From: Octopus vulgaris
Lineage: Eukaryota
Assembly: GCA_951406725.2 (NCBI GenBank)
Contig: OX597831.1
Span: 14,384,001-14,448,000, forward strand
DNA: 64,000 nt
Direction: 5' to 3'
Positions 12,217-25,324 of the stretch are shown here, piece after piece; positions within the stretch are counted from its first letter, which is position 1, and each line of letters opens with the position of its first letter. The position numbers and the translations under genes were made by a program. The notes below the pieces were generated by a model. It worked only from the letters and a program-made list of their open reading frames with translations. It made no database searches and was not told where the DNA came from.

Positions 12217-12584
12217 AGTAAAGATTGTTTTCTAACATAACATGGCAGTCCTGGTTTAGTACGAATGTTGCTGTCATTAGCCCCAGGAGACATCGTCTCC
12301 CGCTGGCTATACAACATGATCTGTGTCCTTATATTTTCGAACAAGGGAATCTAGCACCCCCACTCAGCTCCAAACAATATCTGTGTATTGTGAAATAACC
12401 CGGAAATCGCGATACACAGATATTGTTCTGAGCTGAGTGGGGGTGCTAGATTCCATTGTTCGAAATTATAAGGACACAGATCGTGTCGTATGGCCAGCTG
12501 GAGACGATATCTCTTGGGGCTAAATGACAGCAACATTCGTCCTAAACCAGGACTGCCATGTTATGTTGGCAAACAATCTTTACT
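12217..12584. mobile_element. Foldback MITE-like near-perfect palindrome (about 175-bp arms) in CIR1 intron 1
   Basis: AGTAAAGATTGTT...AACAATCTTTACT ends, with arms complementary up to a ~13-nt loop near 12400. Partial copies at 23366-23670 and 51655-51790. Confidence 0.8.
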
Positions 12585-12933
12585 ATAACTTTTCTTGTTT
12601 CAAACCAAACAATGGCACCAATAATATGGTCGTTGAAACTGATTGAAACACCAGCAAAATCTATTTTGGGACACCTTGGGAAACGTTGTATGGGGTCAAC
12701 TATACCGTTATAGAGACAGGTTGCCGCCGGGTGGATCACCTTTAGACTAAATAAAACTCGTTTGTGTTACTTCTGCATCATTATTCAATAAAATGTGTTT
12801 ATGGATAGAATAAAAGTGAAAAACACAGACACACTGAAAGGAGGAAGGTATCAGGTGGTCGTGGGATGCGAGCAAGGTTAACCTGCACCTAAGCAACAAC
12901 AAAGAGACCACGTTAGCGAGAGATCTTCGACAC

Positions 12934-13182
12934 CAGTGATTCCCAACCATTTTTTTAATCTATGGTCCCTGTGATTCCTACTTTACTCGGCTGGACCCTC
13001 AAACTCATTCGATATTTCAAACATCCTATAATATGTTTTTTATATTATTAGGAACTGTATTAAAAAAAATTGTTAAAATACTTTGTGTGTTGTTGAAGTG
13101 TAAGCAATTTATTGCAGGTAAATTTTAACAAAATCTTATACGGACACCGAAGGGCCATATAAACCCCGGTTGAGGACCGTTG
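12934..13182. mobile_element. hAT (Charlie-type) MITE, degenerate
   Basis: Termini CAGTGATTCCCAACC / GGTTGAGGACCGTTG. Confidence 0.55.
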
Positions 13183-14511
13183 CTTTACGTGAACACTCGA
13201 AATACCAAATCACCAGAGATTGCCCTTGGTTCTACAATACAAACCCCACGTTTTAAAATGATCTAAAAATCTCACAATGTAATAAAGACGAAGTAATTAT
13301 ACTAAATACTTCGTTATTTCCAAAATTAATTGAAACAGACAGAATGTTATAAAAGAAATGAACCAAATCCACAATTGACATAAAAATGACAGCAGCCCCC
13401 AAATAAAGGACCGAAACCCGATCAGGAACCGAACAACAGAAACAAAATAAGGAAAACAAAAAAAACGGAAATAAGCCAAAATGAAATTGTTTCCTGATAA
13501 CTTTTAACGAAATATTTTACAAATAACTTTCGCCGTAGATTAGGATTAAATCGGAATTTAATGCGAGACAAACAAACATCGGTTTGCACACACACACACA
13601 TCGAAAATCACATCAGATTCCAATAAGATCGGAATCTACATAATCCGAAAGGTGTTTGTGGGAATTTTCCAAAATCTGGGAAGGAAGAAACACCTGTGGA
13701 GGAATCAATCATTGTTGAATATATTCGGAAACAACGACTTCCAATAATAAAAGAAAGGGACCACATCGAACACAACAGGCTGGAATCCCTAAATGTCTCT
13801 AAAGATTCTAAATAAATGGTTTATTATTCATATAATATTCTATAGTACGCTAATTAACTCAGTTTAATTATCCTTAGTAAGAACAAGCTCCTTCGTTGTC
13901 TCATTATTAACCATTATTTACACATGTGGAATCCCTGAATATCTCTAAAAAGTGGTGTTTTTATTGTTTATAAAAATATACTAAGAGTACCGTAATCAAC
14001 CCTGTTTGTCTTAGTAGTCGAGGTTTATTGTTATTCCAACGACACGTGAAATCCCTGAATGTCTACAAAAATTCCAAAGATTATTGTTTTTGTGTGTGTG
14101 AAATATACTACGATCGTAATTAAGTTGGTTTATTTAATCTTAGTAATCAGTCATTAACGTAAAACGATAAATTATTCGTAAACTGAGTGAATGAATGTAG
14201 AGATGTCGTCTCTATGTGGAAGGACCCTTTAGTTTTTGGGGTTTTGTTTTTGTGCTGGAAATTGCTGTTTGATTACCATATTCAACAACTTTTAAACACG
14301 CATATAAATCGAATTAAGGTACTCGAGAACAGTGGTCCCAGTGCGCGCACTCGCGCTAGCTAGTCGTGATTAGTCGATCCTACAACGCCTACCAAGCAAA
14401 GTAAATAAACACAAAAACCCAATGTAAAAATCGATTAGTCACGACTAGCTTAGAACTGGTCTCAGGTATTAATTACCTCCAATTAAAATAAAAAAGAACC
14501 CATCCACTTAC

Positions 14512-14583
14512 CCTTTTGATGTTCTCCTTGCTTGCCGGATGGAAGAACTTTTTGGTCATATAATTATTGAACCCTTTCCCCAT
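14512..14583 (-). CDS. CIR1: CIR1 coding exon 1 ([24 protein letters not shown])
   Basis: ATG at 14583-14581, 24 codons, donor GTAAGT at 14511. The peptide matches the Cir_N N-terminus of CIR1 (human, from memory: [24 protein letters not shown]). Confidence 0.95.
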
Positions 14584-14839
14584 GTCTGCGAATGTTTCTG
14601 GGTTCTTATTTCAAGGGAAGAAGAGAAGAGACGAGTCTGGGAAATGTTTGGGAAGGAATTTATGGGACTATTGCGATGATATTTTGGCAGCGAATGTCTT
14701 TGGCAACATCGTGGAATGGAGAGAATGGAGAAAGGAGAGAGGAATCCGGAGGAAAGAAGCGACGGAAAACGGAGGAAAATCGATTGTTTTTTCCGTTTCT
14801 GTTGTAAACATAAACAAAACCAGAATGGAGTCGCAATGA

Positions 14840-14890
14840 AGGCCGGAAGTGGATATTCACTGCGTGACTACAACTTCCTTGACGTCACTC
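14840..14890. promoter_or_regulatory. Putative CIR1 proximal promoter
   Basis: CCGGAAGT (ETS) at 14843-14850, ACTACAACTTCC (ZNF143-associated ACTACA-type motif) at 14867-14878 and TGACGTCA (CRE) at 14880-14887, clustered about 260-300 nt upstream of the ATG. Confidence 0.65.
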
Positions 14891-15089
14891 ATCATCGCCA
14901 TACACACACACACCCGTACATATACACACATACATGACACACACGTACACACACACACACCACACACATACACCACACACACATACACACACACACACAT
15001 ACACCACACATACACCCGTACACACACACACATACACTACACACATCTTCATGACATTTATACATTATCTCTCTCTATCTATCTATCTA

Positions 15090-15130
<41 letters not shown>

Positions 15131-15165
15131 ACCTATCTATGCATCTCTCTCTCTCTATCTCTTTC

Positions 15166-15218
<53 letters not shown>

Positions 15219-16362
15219 ATCTATCTATCTATCTATCTATTTATTTCTCTGTTTAGAAATTAAATTTCAATTTGCTATTACTTCCAAATACATACAAATT
15301 TTAAAAGAAATGTTTCCTTTTTTTGTCTTTTTATTGTAGCGAATCAACTCTTCAAATTATTCTATTCAACAATCAAATAAGAGAAAGTGATTCTGGCATT
15401 TAATAAGTCACTCTTTAGCCTTTACATTTTCGTTTCGCTTACACTGGATATCCGAGTTTATTTTTTATATTCCCCTCCCATCTCAGATTGTTTTGGTTTC
15501 ATTAGTAAGCCAGCAGAAATATGTACTTAAAACCAAATCTCACTATATATATATATATATAGTAAGGCTTGGTTTTCTATTTGTAAACACTTTTCTTTAA
15601 TCTGTAATATGAGGCAAAAAAATATATTATAAAGGCAATCACTTATATTGAAGTGCGATATTTACGGAAGTAAAAACCTGAAAACAGAATTTCAAAATGC
15701 GGCACGAATAGACGAAACGTACAAACTCCTTGGAAGTTGTATAACTTCTGGAGTTTTGCTCGGCTCATTTGTTTCATTATATGAATACTTTACCCTAAAA
15801 CGGAAAATATCTAATGTGTATAGTTTTAATTAAATTTAACCGTGTATATAAAATAAACATTTTAGCCCATGTTATTGCATTATAAATATAATTTGCCGAA
15901 TTAAGAATGCATAGAGTGAATTGTTGTGTAAGGCTGGAAGCAATATTCACATTATTGTTATATTTCGGGACGGTCATTTTCCTTTTCTTGCCAAATACAC
16001 ACATGCACTATATATTCGTTCTTCACTCGTTTATTACTGTTCTTATTTCATCTTATGTTTATTGTCTGGAAAGTACTTTTCGACAGAAATGTTTTCGAGT
16101 CAGATTTTTGAATCAATGTCTTCGAATTTAATTTCTAGCCATATTGCACTTTGGAATGCATGCATGTGTGTGTCTGTGTGTGTGTGTGTGTGTGTGTATC
16201 GTGTATATTGCATTTTAAGCTCTGTGTGTGTATATGGTAAATACTGTATTTCAGCATGTGTACGTACCTATTGTATATATTGTATGTCTGTCTTATTTTT
16301 GAATTTACTGAGTTTTCACTCGATTTTTAATTAGTATTTATTTCTCTTATTTTCATTTTTTT

Positions 16363-17204
16363 ACATACATGCATGCATGCATGAATACATACATACATAC
16401 ATGCATACATGCATGCATGCATACATACATACATACATACATACATAAATACATGCATGCATACATACATACATACATACATACATGCATGCATGCATGC
16501 ATGCATACATGCATACATACATACATACATGCATACATACATACATAATGCATGCATGCATACATACATACATACATACATACATACATACATGCATGCA
16601 TGCATGCATGCATACATGCATACATACATAATGCATGCATGCATACATACATACATACATACATACATACATACATGCATGCATGCATGCATGCATACAT
16701 GCATACATACATACATGCATTCATGCATACATACATACATACATACATACATACATACATGCATACATACATACATACATACATACATGCATTCATGCAT
16801 ACATACATACATACATACATACATAAATACATACATGCATGCATGCATGCATGCATACATGCATACATACATACATGCATTCATGCATACATACATACAT
16901 ACATACATACATACATACATACATACATACATACTTACATACATACTTACATACATACAAACATACATACATACATACATACATACATACATACATACAA
17001 ACATACATACATACATACATACATACATGCATACATACATACATACATACATACATGCATGCATGCATACATACATGCATGCATGCATGCATACATACAT
17101 ACATACATACATACATACATACAAACATACTTACATACACACATAACATACATGCATGCATGCATGCATACATACATACATACATACATACATACATACA
17201 TACA
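16363..17204. repeat. (CATA)n/(CATG)n compound tetranucleotide array
   Basis: Seen directly. Confidence 0.98.
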
Positions 17205-18230
17205 TTTTAGGATTTTGTTCCGCCCAGCTGCAGAAACTGTGGATCTCTGCCTGACTGCAGCATCCAGGATGGGAGAAGAAGCGAAGGATCCGCTAAATGT
17301 GACATCCCAGATAAGGCATCTGCCTTGCGACCAGGGGCACAGGGTGAGGCCGTCAGGTCTCTTCCCATCACATCTGGACAATCCAGATGGTTCCAAGATG
17401 GAGGGGATGTTTGCCCGGGCCAAACTCCTCTTGTGTATCAGGTTCAACTTCGTATGACGTGAGGAGCGGCCAGCATTCAGGCAGCAAGAAAGGTCATAGA
17501 GGCCTGTGGAGTCGAGGAGCCTGCCACAACGACAGATCAAACCCGTGCATACTTCAGCTCCCACTCTGAGGGCAATGTAGACACGAAGTTCGTCCAAACT
17601 GTGAAGGTCACCAACATTAGCAACAGGGACAGCATCGATCCAGTATTTGGCGCTATCAGGCAGTAAGCGGCACTTTGAAAACTGGTCTGACTGGATGAAG
17701 AGGGATGAAGAGATGACCTTCGAAATTGTGTTGTCCCAAGCTCTCTGAACTCGACAGTCCTCCACCTTCTCCGAAGCAGACACGCCTTATTCCCTCCAGT
17801 GTTGGAGAGTTTCATCTAACTCCCTATTGGAACTGGTTGGAGAGGAGAGGCTGTTGCTGACCAGGGTGGAGCAGGCGTGAGTGGAGGAAAAGAAGCAGGG
17901 GAGAGAGAGGGACGAACACTTACAAAGACCAAAACCTCTGAATCGCTTGGGCAATGCAGCCTGATCGTGGGACGTTGGAGAGAGTCTGACATTAACCAAG
18001 CATTCGAGTCTCTCAAAGATTAGATTGTCGAAGCGTTGGAGGCACGTTGGGAATCGGTGAGAACAGCTGACTCTGAGTAAACATAGAAGTTTAGGGATCG
18101 AGAGACAATTCCGAAGTATGAAAAAAGACCTTGATGGGGTGGAGAAATTCCAATGAAGGATCCTTGGCTCTAGGTAAGAAACTGGCCCTTTCTCCATTGG
18201 CAAGAAATCTTGAAATAAAACTGAATAATA
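17205..18230 (-). mobile_element. Fragment of CRE/R2-group non-LTR retrotransposon (RT thumb, zinc knuckle, REL endonuclease), frameshifted
   Basis: Peptides LRNCLSIPKLLCLLR, QAALPKRFRGFG, CRCG..D..G.Y.LSC, RH and EPSGLSRCDGKRPDGLTLCPWSQGRCLIWDVT, spread over ORFs 17787..19466 and 16947..17783. Confidence 0.85.
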
Positions 18231-19470
18231 ACATACATACATACATACATACATACATGCATACATACATACATACATACATACATACATACATACATAC
18301 ATACATACATACATGCATACATACATACATACATACATACATACATGCATACATACATACATGCATACATACATACATACATACATACATACATGCATAC
18401 ATACATACATACATACATACATACATACATACATACATACATGCATACATACATACATACATGCATGCATACATACATACATGCATACATACATACATAC
18501 ATACATACATACATGCATACATACATACATACATACATACATGCATACATACATACATGCATACATGCATACATACATACATACATGCATGCATACATAC
18601 ATACATACATACATACATACATACATACATGCATACATACATACATACATAATACATACATGCATACATACATACATACATACATACATACATGCATACA
18701 TACATACATACATGCATACATACATACATACATGCATACATACATACATACATACATACATACATGCATACATACATACATGCATACATACATACATACA
18801 TACATACATACATACATACATACATACATACATACATACATACATACATACATACATACATACATACATACATACATACATACATACATACATACATACA
18901 TACATACATACATACATACATACATACATACATACATACATACATACATACATACATACATACATACATACATACATACATACATACATACATACATACA
19001 TACATACATACATACATACATACATACATACATACATACATACATACATACATACATACATACATACATACATACATACATACATACATACATACATACA
19101 TGCATACATACATGCATACATGCATACATACATACATACATACATACATGCATACATACATACATGCATACATGCATACATACATACATACATACATACA
19201 TACATACATACATACATACATACATACATACATACATGCATACATACATACATACATACATGCATACATACATACATACATACATACATACATACATACA
19301 TACATACATACATACATACATGACATACATACATACATACATGCATACATACATACATACATACATACATACATACATACATACATACATACATGCATAC
19401 ATACATACATACATACATACATACATACATACATACATACATACATACATACATACATACATACATACAT
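18231..19470. repeat. (CATA)n array, about 1.24 kb
   Basis: Seen directly, including a long pure core. Confidence 0.98.
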
Positions 19471-20849
19471 GGTGATTATCGACTCATAGGTGAAAATGAC
19501 CATCACCGACAAATGATCTCATCGCAAATGTTAAAGACAATGACTGTCAGCAACGCCCTTGCTGAAATCTAAAGTCACCTTGGAGTAAATCAATTCAATG
19601 TAACTTTTGTTTCTTCTACGAAGTTTCATAGATTAATTTTCTACAGACACAGATCACATCTATTGTGTTTGGATTCCATATATTACCAGTTGTGTTTAGA
19701 TACAGAATGGCTGGTATGTGATAAGGGATCGTTACTGCGCGGAGAAAATGCTTAGAGGCATTTCTTCCGACTTTAAGTTCAAATGCTGTTGGGGTCGAAT
19801 TTGCCTTTCATAACCCCTGCTTTTTGATCCTGATTTGTGGAACAGACCTCCTCTAGATGATGCCATTTTCTCGTGTGTAAAGAATATATTGTTCATTGTT
19901 TCTTCGTTATTAAGATGGCAGGTTGTGATTTGAGGGGGATTTAGCTGTTATTTTTTTTTGCAGAGAGTAAAACGAAAAAAAAACCCAAACAGCAAGAAAC
20001 AACCTTAGTTCATAGAGGCTGGAACCACGTAGGTTCCAGAGAAAATATATTGAGAAAATATATTGATTTATTGATCGATTATTACAGTTATTGATGAATT
20101 CAGGAGATTTTAATTAAAATATTTTAGATTGCCGGACAGTGACCTCGACACAGGCAGCACCGGCAACGATATCGGACGATGACAACGACAATGGACCTTA
20201 ACGACGACGGCGTGGGCGACGGTGGCCACCACAACGACGACGACAACGACAACCACTGCTATTGTTATTTAACCCTAGGTCAGCTCTGATCGAGCAGACC
20301 TCTCATCAAAAGCATTCCATCTAAGACCATCTCATCTTTCTGGGCTTTTCTTCGAGCCAAATATACCCAAGTGTACACAATCTAATATTCCTTCCACTTT
20401 TTAACGTGATTAGTTGAGTTTTTAAGAGACTGGGCTGCTATTTTCAGCAGACCATATAACTGCGTTTGGCCTCTTTGTATCGAGACTGCCATACTGGATT
20501 GCTGCTGCTCTTGTTTTTAGCCCTAGGTCAGTCTGATGCATCAGCAGACCAATGATTACGGGGCAGAATCGTAACAGCACCGAAAGAAAATGCTTTTAGG
20601 CATTTCTTCCGATTTTCTCTTTCATCGCCTCCGCTCCTTTGGCGGTGGTGGTGGGGGTCTATGAAAAGTACCAGTCCAAGACCGTAGATGGGTGGAACCT
20701 TTAGGGTATCACACAGGATGTCGTATACTATATATTCCAACTCTGTGCATTCTGAGTTCTAATGATGGTCCCGCTAGGAAACATAGAAAATAGAATAAAA
20801 TAATAGAACAAAAATATATGAAAGATACAAAGAAAAAAAGAAGAAAGCA

Positions 20850-21060
20850 AGGGTCTCTTCAACGCTCAGGTCTCCACTGCGAAATCGTTCAAACCCTTTT
20901 TGAGCTGACCACTCACTGGTCATTTCCTCACCAAATGTTTTCTTGATATCGTGAGCAGTTTCAGCTGCTTTACGTCCTTTTTTGAAGTTGAATAGCAAAA
21001 TTGCTTGAATATCGCGCTTTGACAGTTCCATTTCAGATGATTGTAACAACAGTGAAAAAA
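20850..21060 (-). mobile_element. Mariner transposase N-terminal HTH fragment
   Basis: MELSKRDIQAILLFNFKKGRKAAETAHDIKKTFGE...FERFRSGDLSVEE, typical of the mariner/SETMAR HTH. Confidence 0.8.
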
Positions 21061-22569
21061 AATATCAATGTTAATTTATTGATGTATTTGGGCAAGTCTA
21101 TGTCTGTATTATCTTTTACTCTTTTAGCTGTTTCAGTCATTTGACTGTGGCCATGCTGGAGCACCGCCTTTAGTCGAGCAAATCGACCCTAGGACTTATT
21201 CTTTGCAAGCCTAGTACTTATTCTATCGGTCTCTTTTGCCGAACCGCTAAGTTATGGGGACGTAAGCACACCAGCATCGATTGTCAAGAGATGTTGCGGG
21301 ACTAACACAGACACATAAATACACACACACGCGCGCGCGCATACACACACACACACACACACATACACACACACGTATACGACGGGCTTCTTTCAATTTC
21401 CGTCTACCAAATCCACTCACAAGGCTTTGGTCGGCCCGAGGCTATAGTAGAAGACACTTGCCCAAGGTGACACGCAGTGAGACTGAACCCGGAACCATGC
21501 GGTTGGTAAGCAAGCTACTTATATGTTTAAAAGAATTCAAAACTCTGCAAAAATCAAGAACAAATTCTTCATGGTTCAAAACGTTGCTTACTTTTGACTT
21601 AACCTGATAGTTTATCGAGCTCCAATGGATAAAAGGTAAAATCAACGTCGACGGATGTGAACTCAGAATGCAAAGTAGAAATGAAATACTGCGAAGCATC
21701 TTATCCTGCGCGTTAACGATTCGGCCAGATCGCCGCGATTCTGGTTGACCTCTCTTAAGAGCAATTTGAAGACAAAAAAGAAAAAAAGAAGAAAAAGACT
21801 AATCTAGAGCGAGCTACTTTGAATCGATCACAAGATCGATAACCACCAAAATCGCCATTCTTCTTTCGGTGTAGAATACCAGCTTCAGTTTATGGGGAAA
21901 TGTTTGCCAATCAATGGAAAATATCTCCGACGTTCTCGGAGATTCCATCAAATTTTGGTGACATTTCAACGTCTCTCAGACAACTTATTCTTCAAATAAA
22001 GGTCAGCGTTCCAGAAATGTTGCTATCTTTGCTTCATTGCTTTTGTTGTTGTTGTAACAGTTGCTGCTACTCCTGCTGCTGCTACTCCTGCTGCTGCTAC
22101 TCCTGCTGCTGCTACCAGTCCAGCTCCTGCTGCAGTTATTGTTGCCCTTGTTGCTCTTTATAGTTGCTGCTGTTGTTGTTGTCGTCCTTGCTACTTTCGT
22201 TGTTGTTGTTGTTGTTGTTACATGTTTTGTTGTTGAAGATAATGATAATGATGATGATGATGATACTTATTTAACTCTTCATTGTTGTCTGTGGTTTTTG
22301 GTTTTTGTGGCTAATCATCATCATCGTCGTTGTCGTCGTCACCTCCACTACGCTACCACCACCACCACCACCACTACAACCACTACAACCACTACAACCA
22401 CCACCACAACCACTACAACCACTACTACTACTACCACCACAACCACCACCACCAGAATATTTGCTGTAGCCCATCTTTTAAACCAAGACAAAACAATGTA
22501 CATGATAACACTTACAACCTGTCAAGATCAGAAGCCATGAGACCCACTGTCTGGTACTGCATCAGGGCA

Positions 22570-22600
22570 TTTATTATTATTATTATTATCATCATCATCA

Positions 22601-22694
<94 letters not shown>

Positions 22695-22706
22695 TATCAT
22701 TATTAA

Positions 22707-22741
<35 letters not shown>

Positions 22742-22945
22742 TATTATCCTTATCATTATCATTATCATTATCATCATCATTATCATTATTATTATCATTA
22801 TTATTATTATTATTATTATTATTGTTATTATTATTATTATTGTTATTGTTATTGTTATTGTTGTTATTGTTGTTGTTATTGTTATTGTTGTTGTTGTTGT
22901 TATTGTTGTTGTTGTTGTTGTTGTTGTTATTACTATTATTATTAC
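22570..22945. repeat. (ATT)n/(ATC)n/(GTT)n compound trinucleotide array
   Basis: Seen directly. Confidence 0.95.
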
Positions 22946-24023
22946 AGCTGCACATCGTCACACTGACGGGAAATATTGAAATTTTATTTGTTAATCTTTG
23001 ACCTTTGCATTTTTTTTCAAAGATAAAGTGGTTTTCAAACTGATATGACCAACAACTACAGCATCCTCAATTTTGCTGAATTTAAGGGAAAATAGAAAAG
23101 CACGTCTCAAAGAAGAGCGGCAATAATATTTAACGACGACGAGAATGAAAATTGAACAAGAACATCAACGACAACAACATCACCATCACCAATAATGTTT
23201 TGTGTTTTTGCAACGCGGACTAAACGCTCCGTTTCTTTCGCTATTTATTCTGTCTGTCAGCAGCGTCAGAAGATGACCAACACCAGCAATAAATGAATTA
23301 ATGTCGAAACACGCAACCGCCGAAGAGCTGCAGTGATGAGGTAATAAACAGTAAAAAACCCTTTGGAGTAAAAATTGTTTGCCAACATAACATGGCAGTC
23401 CTGGTTTAGGACGAATGTTGCTGCAATTTAGTCCCAGGATATATCATCTCCAGCTGGCCATACGACACGATCTCTTTTACTCTTTTTACTCTTTTACGTG
23501 TTTCAGTCATTTGACTGCAGCCATGCTGGAGCACTGCCTTTAGTCGAGCAAATCGACCCCGGGACTTATTCTTTGTAAGCCCAGTACTTATTCTATCGGT
23601 CTCTTTTGCCGAACCGCTAATCTGTGTCCTTACATTTTCGAACAAGGGAATCTAGCACCCCCGCTCAGCACATAGCACACTCACACACATACATACTCAC
23701 TGTAGGCTTATTAGATGTTAATTAGTAATAACAGAAGCAGTATTACTATCAAAGTAATCTCAAGTAATCTTTCTATCCAGCTTAACGTGGATGACCTGTT
23801 AGAACATCGAATACTGCATGAAACTTTGATGGCGATTTGCGACTTCAGAGTCTGAGAAGATGCTGATATTCTATATATCGTTGCAGTGAGATATGACTGG
23901 CATGCGTTAACCGGACGATTCCTTCTGATGATTTCCAGTAGAACGAAATCACGTGACATCGAAGTTCCAGCGCCCGTCACAGACGATTTTCATTTGCCAC
24001 GATCTACATGTGTGTATTTTTAT

Positions 24024-24183
24024 GCAGGAGTGGCTGTGTGGTAAGTAGCTTGCTTACCAACCACATGGTTCCGGGTTCAGTCCCATTGCGTGACACCCTG
24101 GGCAAGTGTCTTCTACTATAGTCTCGGGCCGACCAAAGCCTTGTGAGTGGATTTGGTAGACGGAAACTGAAAGAAGCCCGTCG

Positions 24184-24252
<69 letters not shown>

Positions 24253-24470
24253 TGTGTGTGTGTGTGTGTGTGTGTCTCTGTTTGTCTCCCCACTATCGCT
24301 TGACAACCGATGCTGGTGTGTTTACGTCCCCGTAAATTAGCGGTTCTGCAAGAGAGACTGATAGAATAAGTACTAGGATTACAAAGAATAAGTCCTGGGG
24401 TCGGTTTGCTCGACTAAAGGCGGTGCTCCAGCATGGCCGCAGTTAAATGGCTGAAACAAGTAAAAGAAAA
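24024..24470 (+). mobile_element. tRNA-derived SINE family A, full-length copy
   Basis: A/B-box-like head (TGGCTGTGTGG, GGTTCAGTCCC), CCTGGGCAAG core, internal (TA/TG)n and GTAAAAGA tail. Other copies at ~4960-5320(+), 6075-6225(-), 7452-7788(-), 21113-21520(-), 23474-23620(-), 29750-30027(-), 32410-32745(-), 33615-33760(+), 37465-37790(-), 47235-47410(+), 58334-58460(+), 61406-61800(+). Confidence 0.85.
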
Positions 24471-25324
24471 GAAAAGAAGGAAAACTAATGACTTAAAGGA
24501 AAGAATCTCTCGAGGCTAATTACGCAGTATTCGGTGTTCTAACACGACATAGAGTTTAAGAGAGATATAAAGATTATCTTTTGGTTGTAATACTGACTCT
24601 GTCGCTTTCAAAGAACCTTTCTCACTCGTCGAGAAAATCTGCGTCAGTTTTCCTTGACAATGATGTCTAATGCCTCTTCTTTAGTGTCTCTGACCGAGCA
24701 ACATGGTCGTCGTTAGAGAAGAGAAATGAAGCTGTCACTTACTAAGTGATCTTAGATCACGAGATGTAGATGATATGATAGCCATAACAACAACACCAAC
24801 AAAAATTACATTAGCTGCAGCAGCTACAGCAAGTGGAGGATCGCGGTTTCGATTCCCAGACCGGGAGTTGTGTGTGTTTATTGAGCGAAAACACCTAAAG
24901 CTCCACGAGGCTCCGGCAGGGGGTGGTGGCGACCCCTGTTGTACTCTTTCGCTCCAAATTTCTCTCACTCTTTCTTCCTGTTTCTTGTCCCCGACTTCCT
25001 ACGCAACCACTGAGCCTGGATGTGCATTCATCCATCCGTCGATGCTCTCGGTGTCGGGGGTTGACCTGCTTTCTTTTCTGCGGGTCTTACGAATAGCAAA
25101 GGACCACGTTTCGGACTTCTCCCATCTTGCGAGCTCTGGGACGAAAACCTTTCGCTCAACAACAACAGCAGCAGCAACAGCAGCTACAGCGACAATAACA
25201 AAGACGACGATGTCAACGCGGACGATAATTTGACAAGCGTTTCTCTACCTGGTTGCTCGATTTGCTAGAAACAGAAACCGGGTTCTTTCGATTCTCATCC
25301 TACAGTCTTCACAATGAAATGTCA

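Noticed and set aside
16327-19512. Very long ORFs (up to 559 aa) of MYVC/HTYI repeats
   Set aside because: These are translations of (CATA)n that lack stops. Only the LINE-derived part is meaningful.
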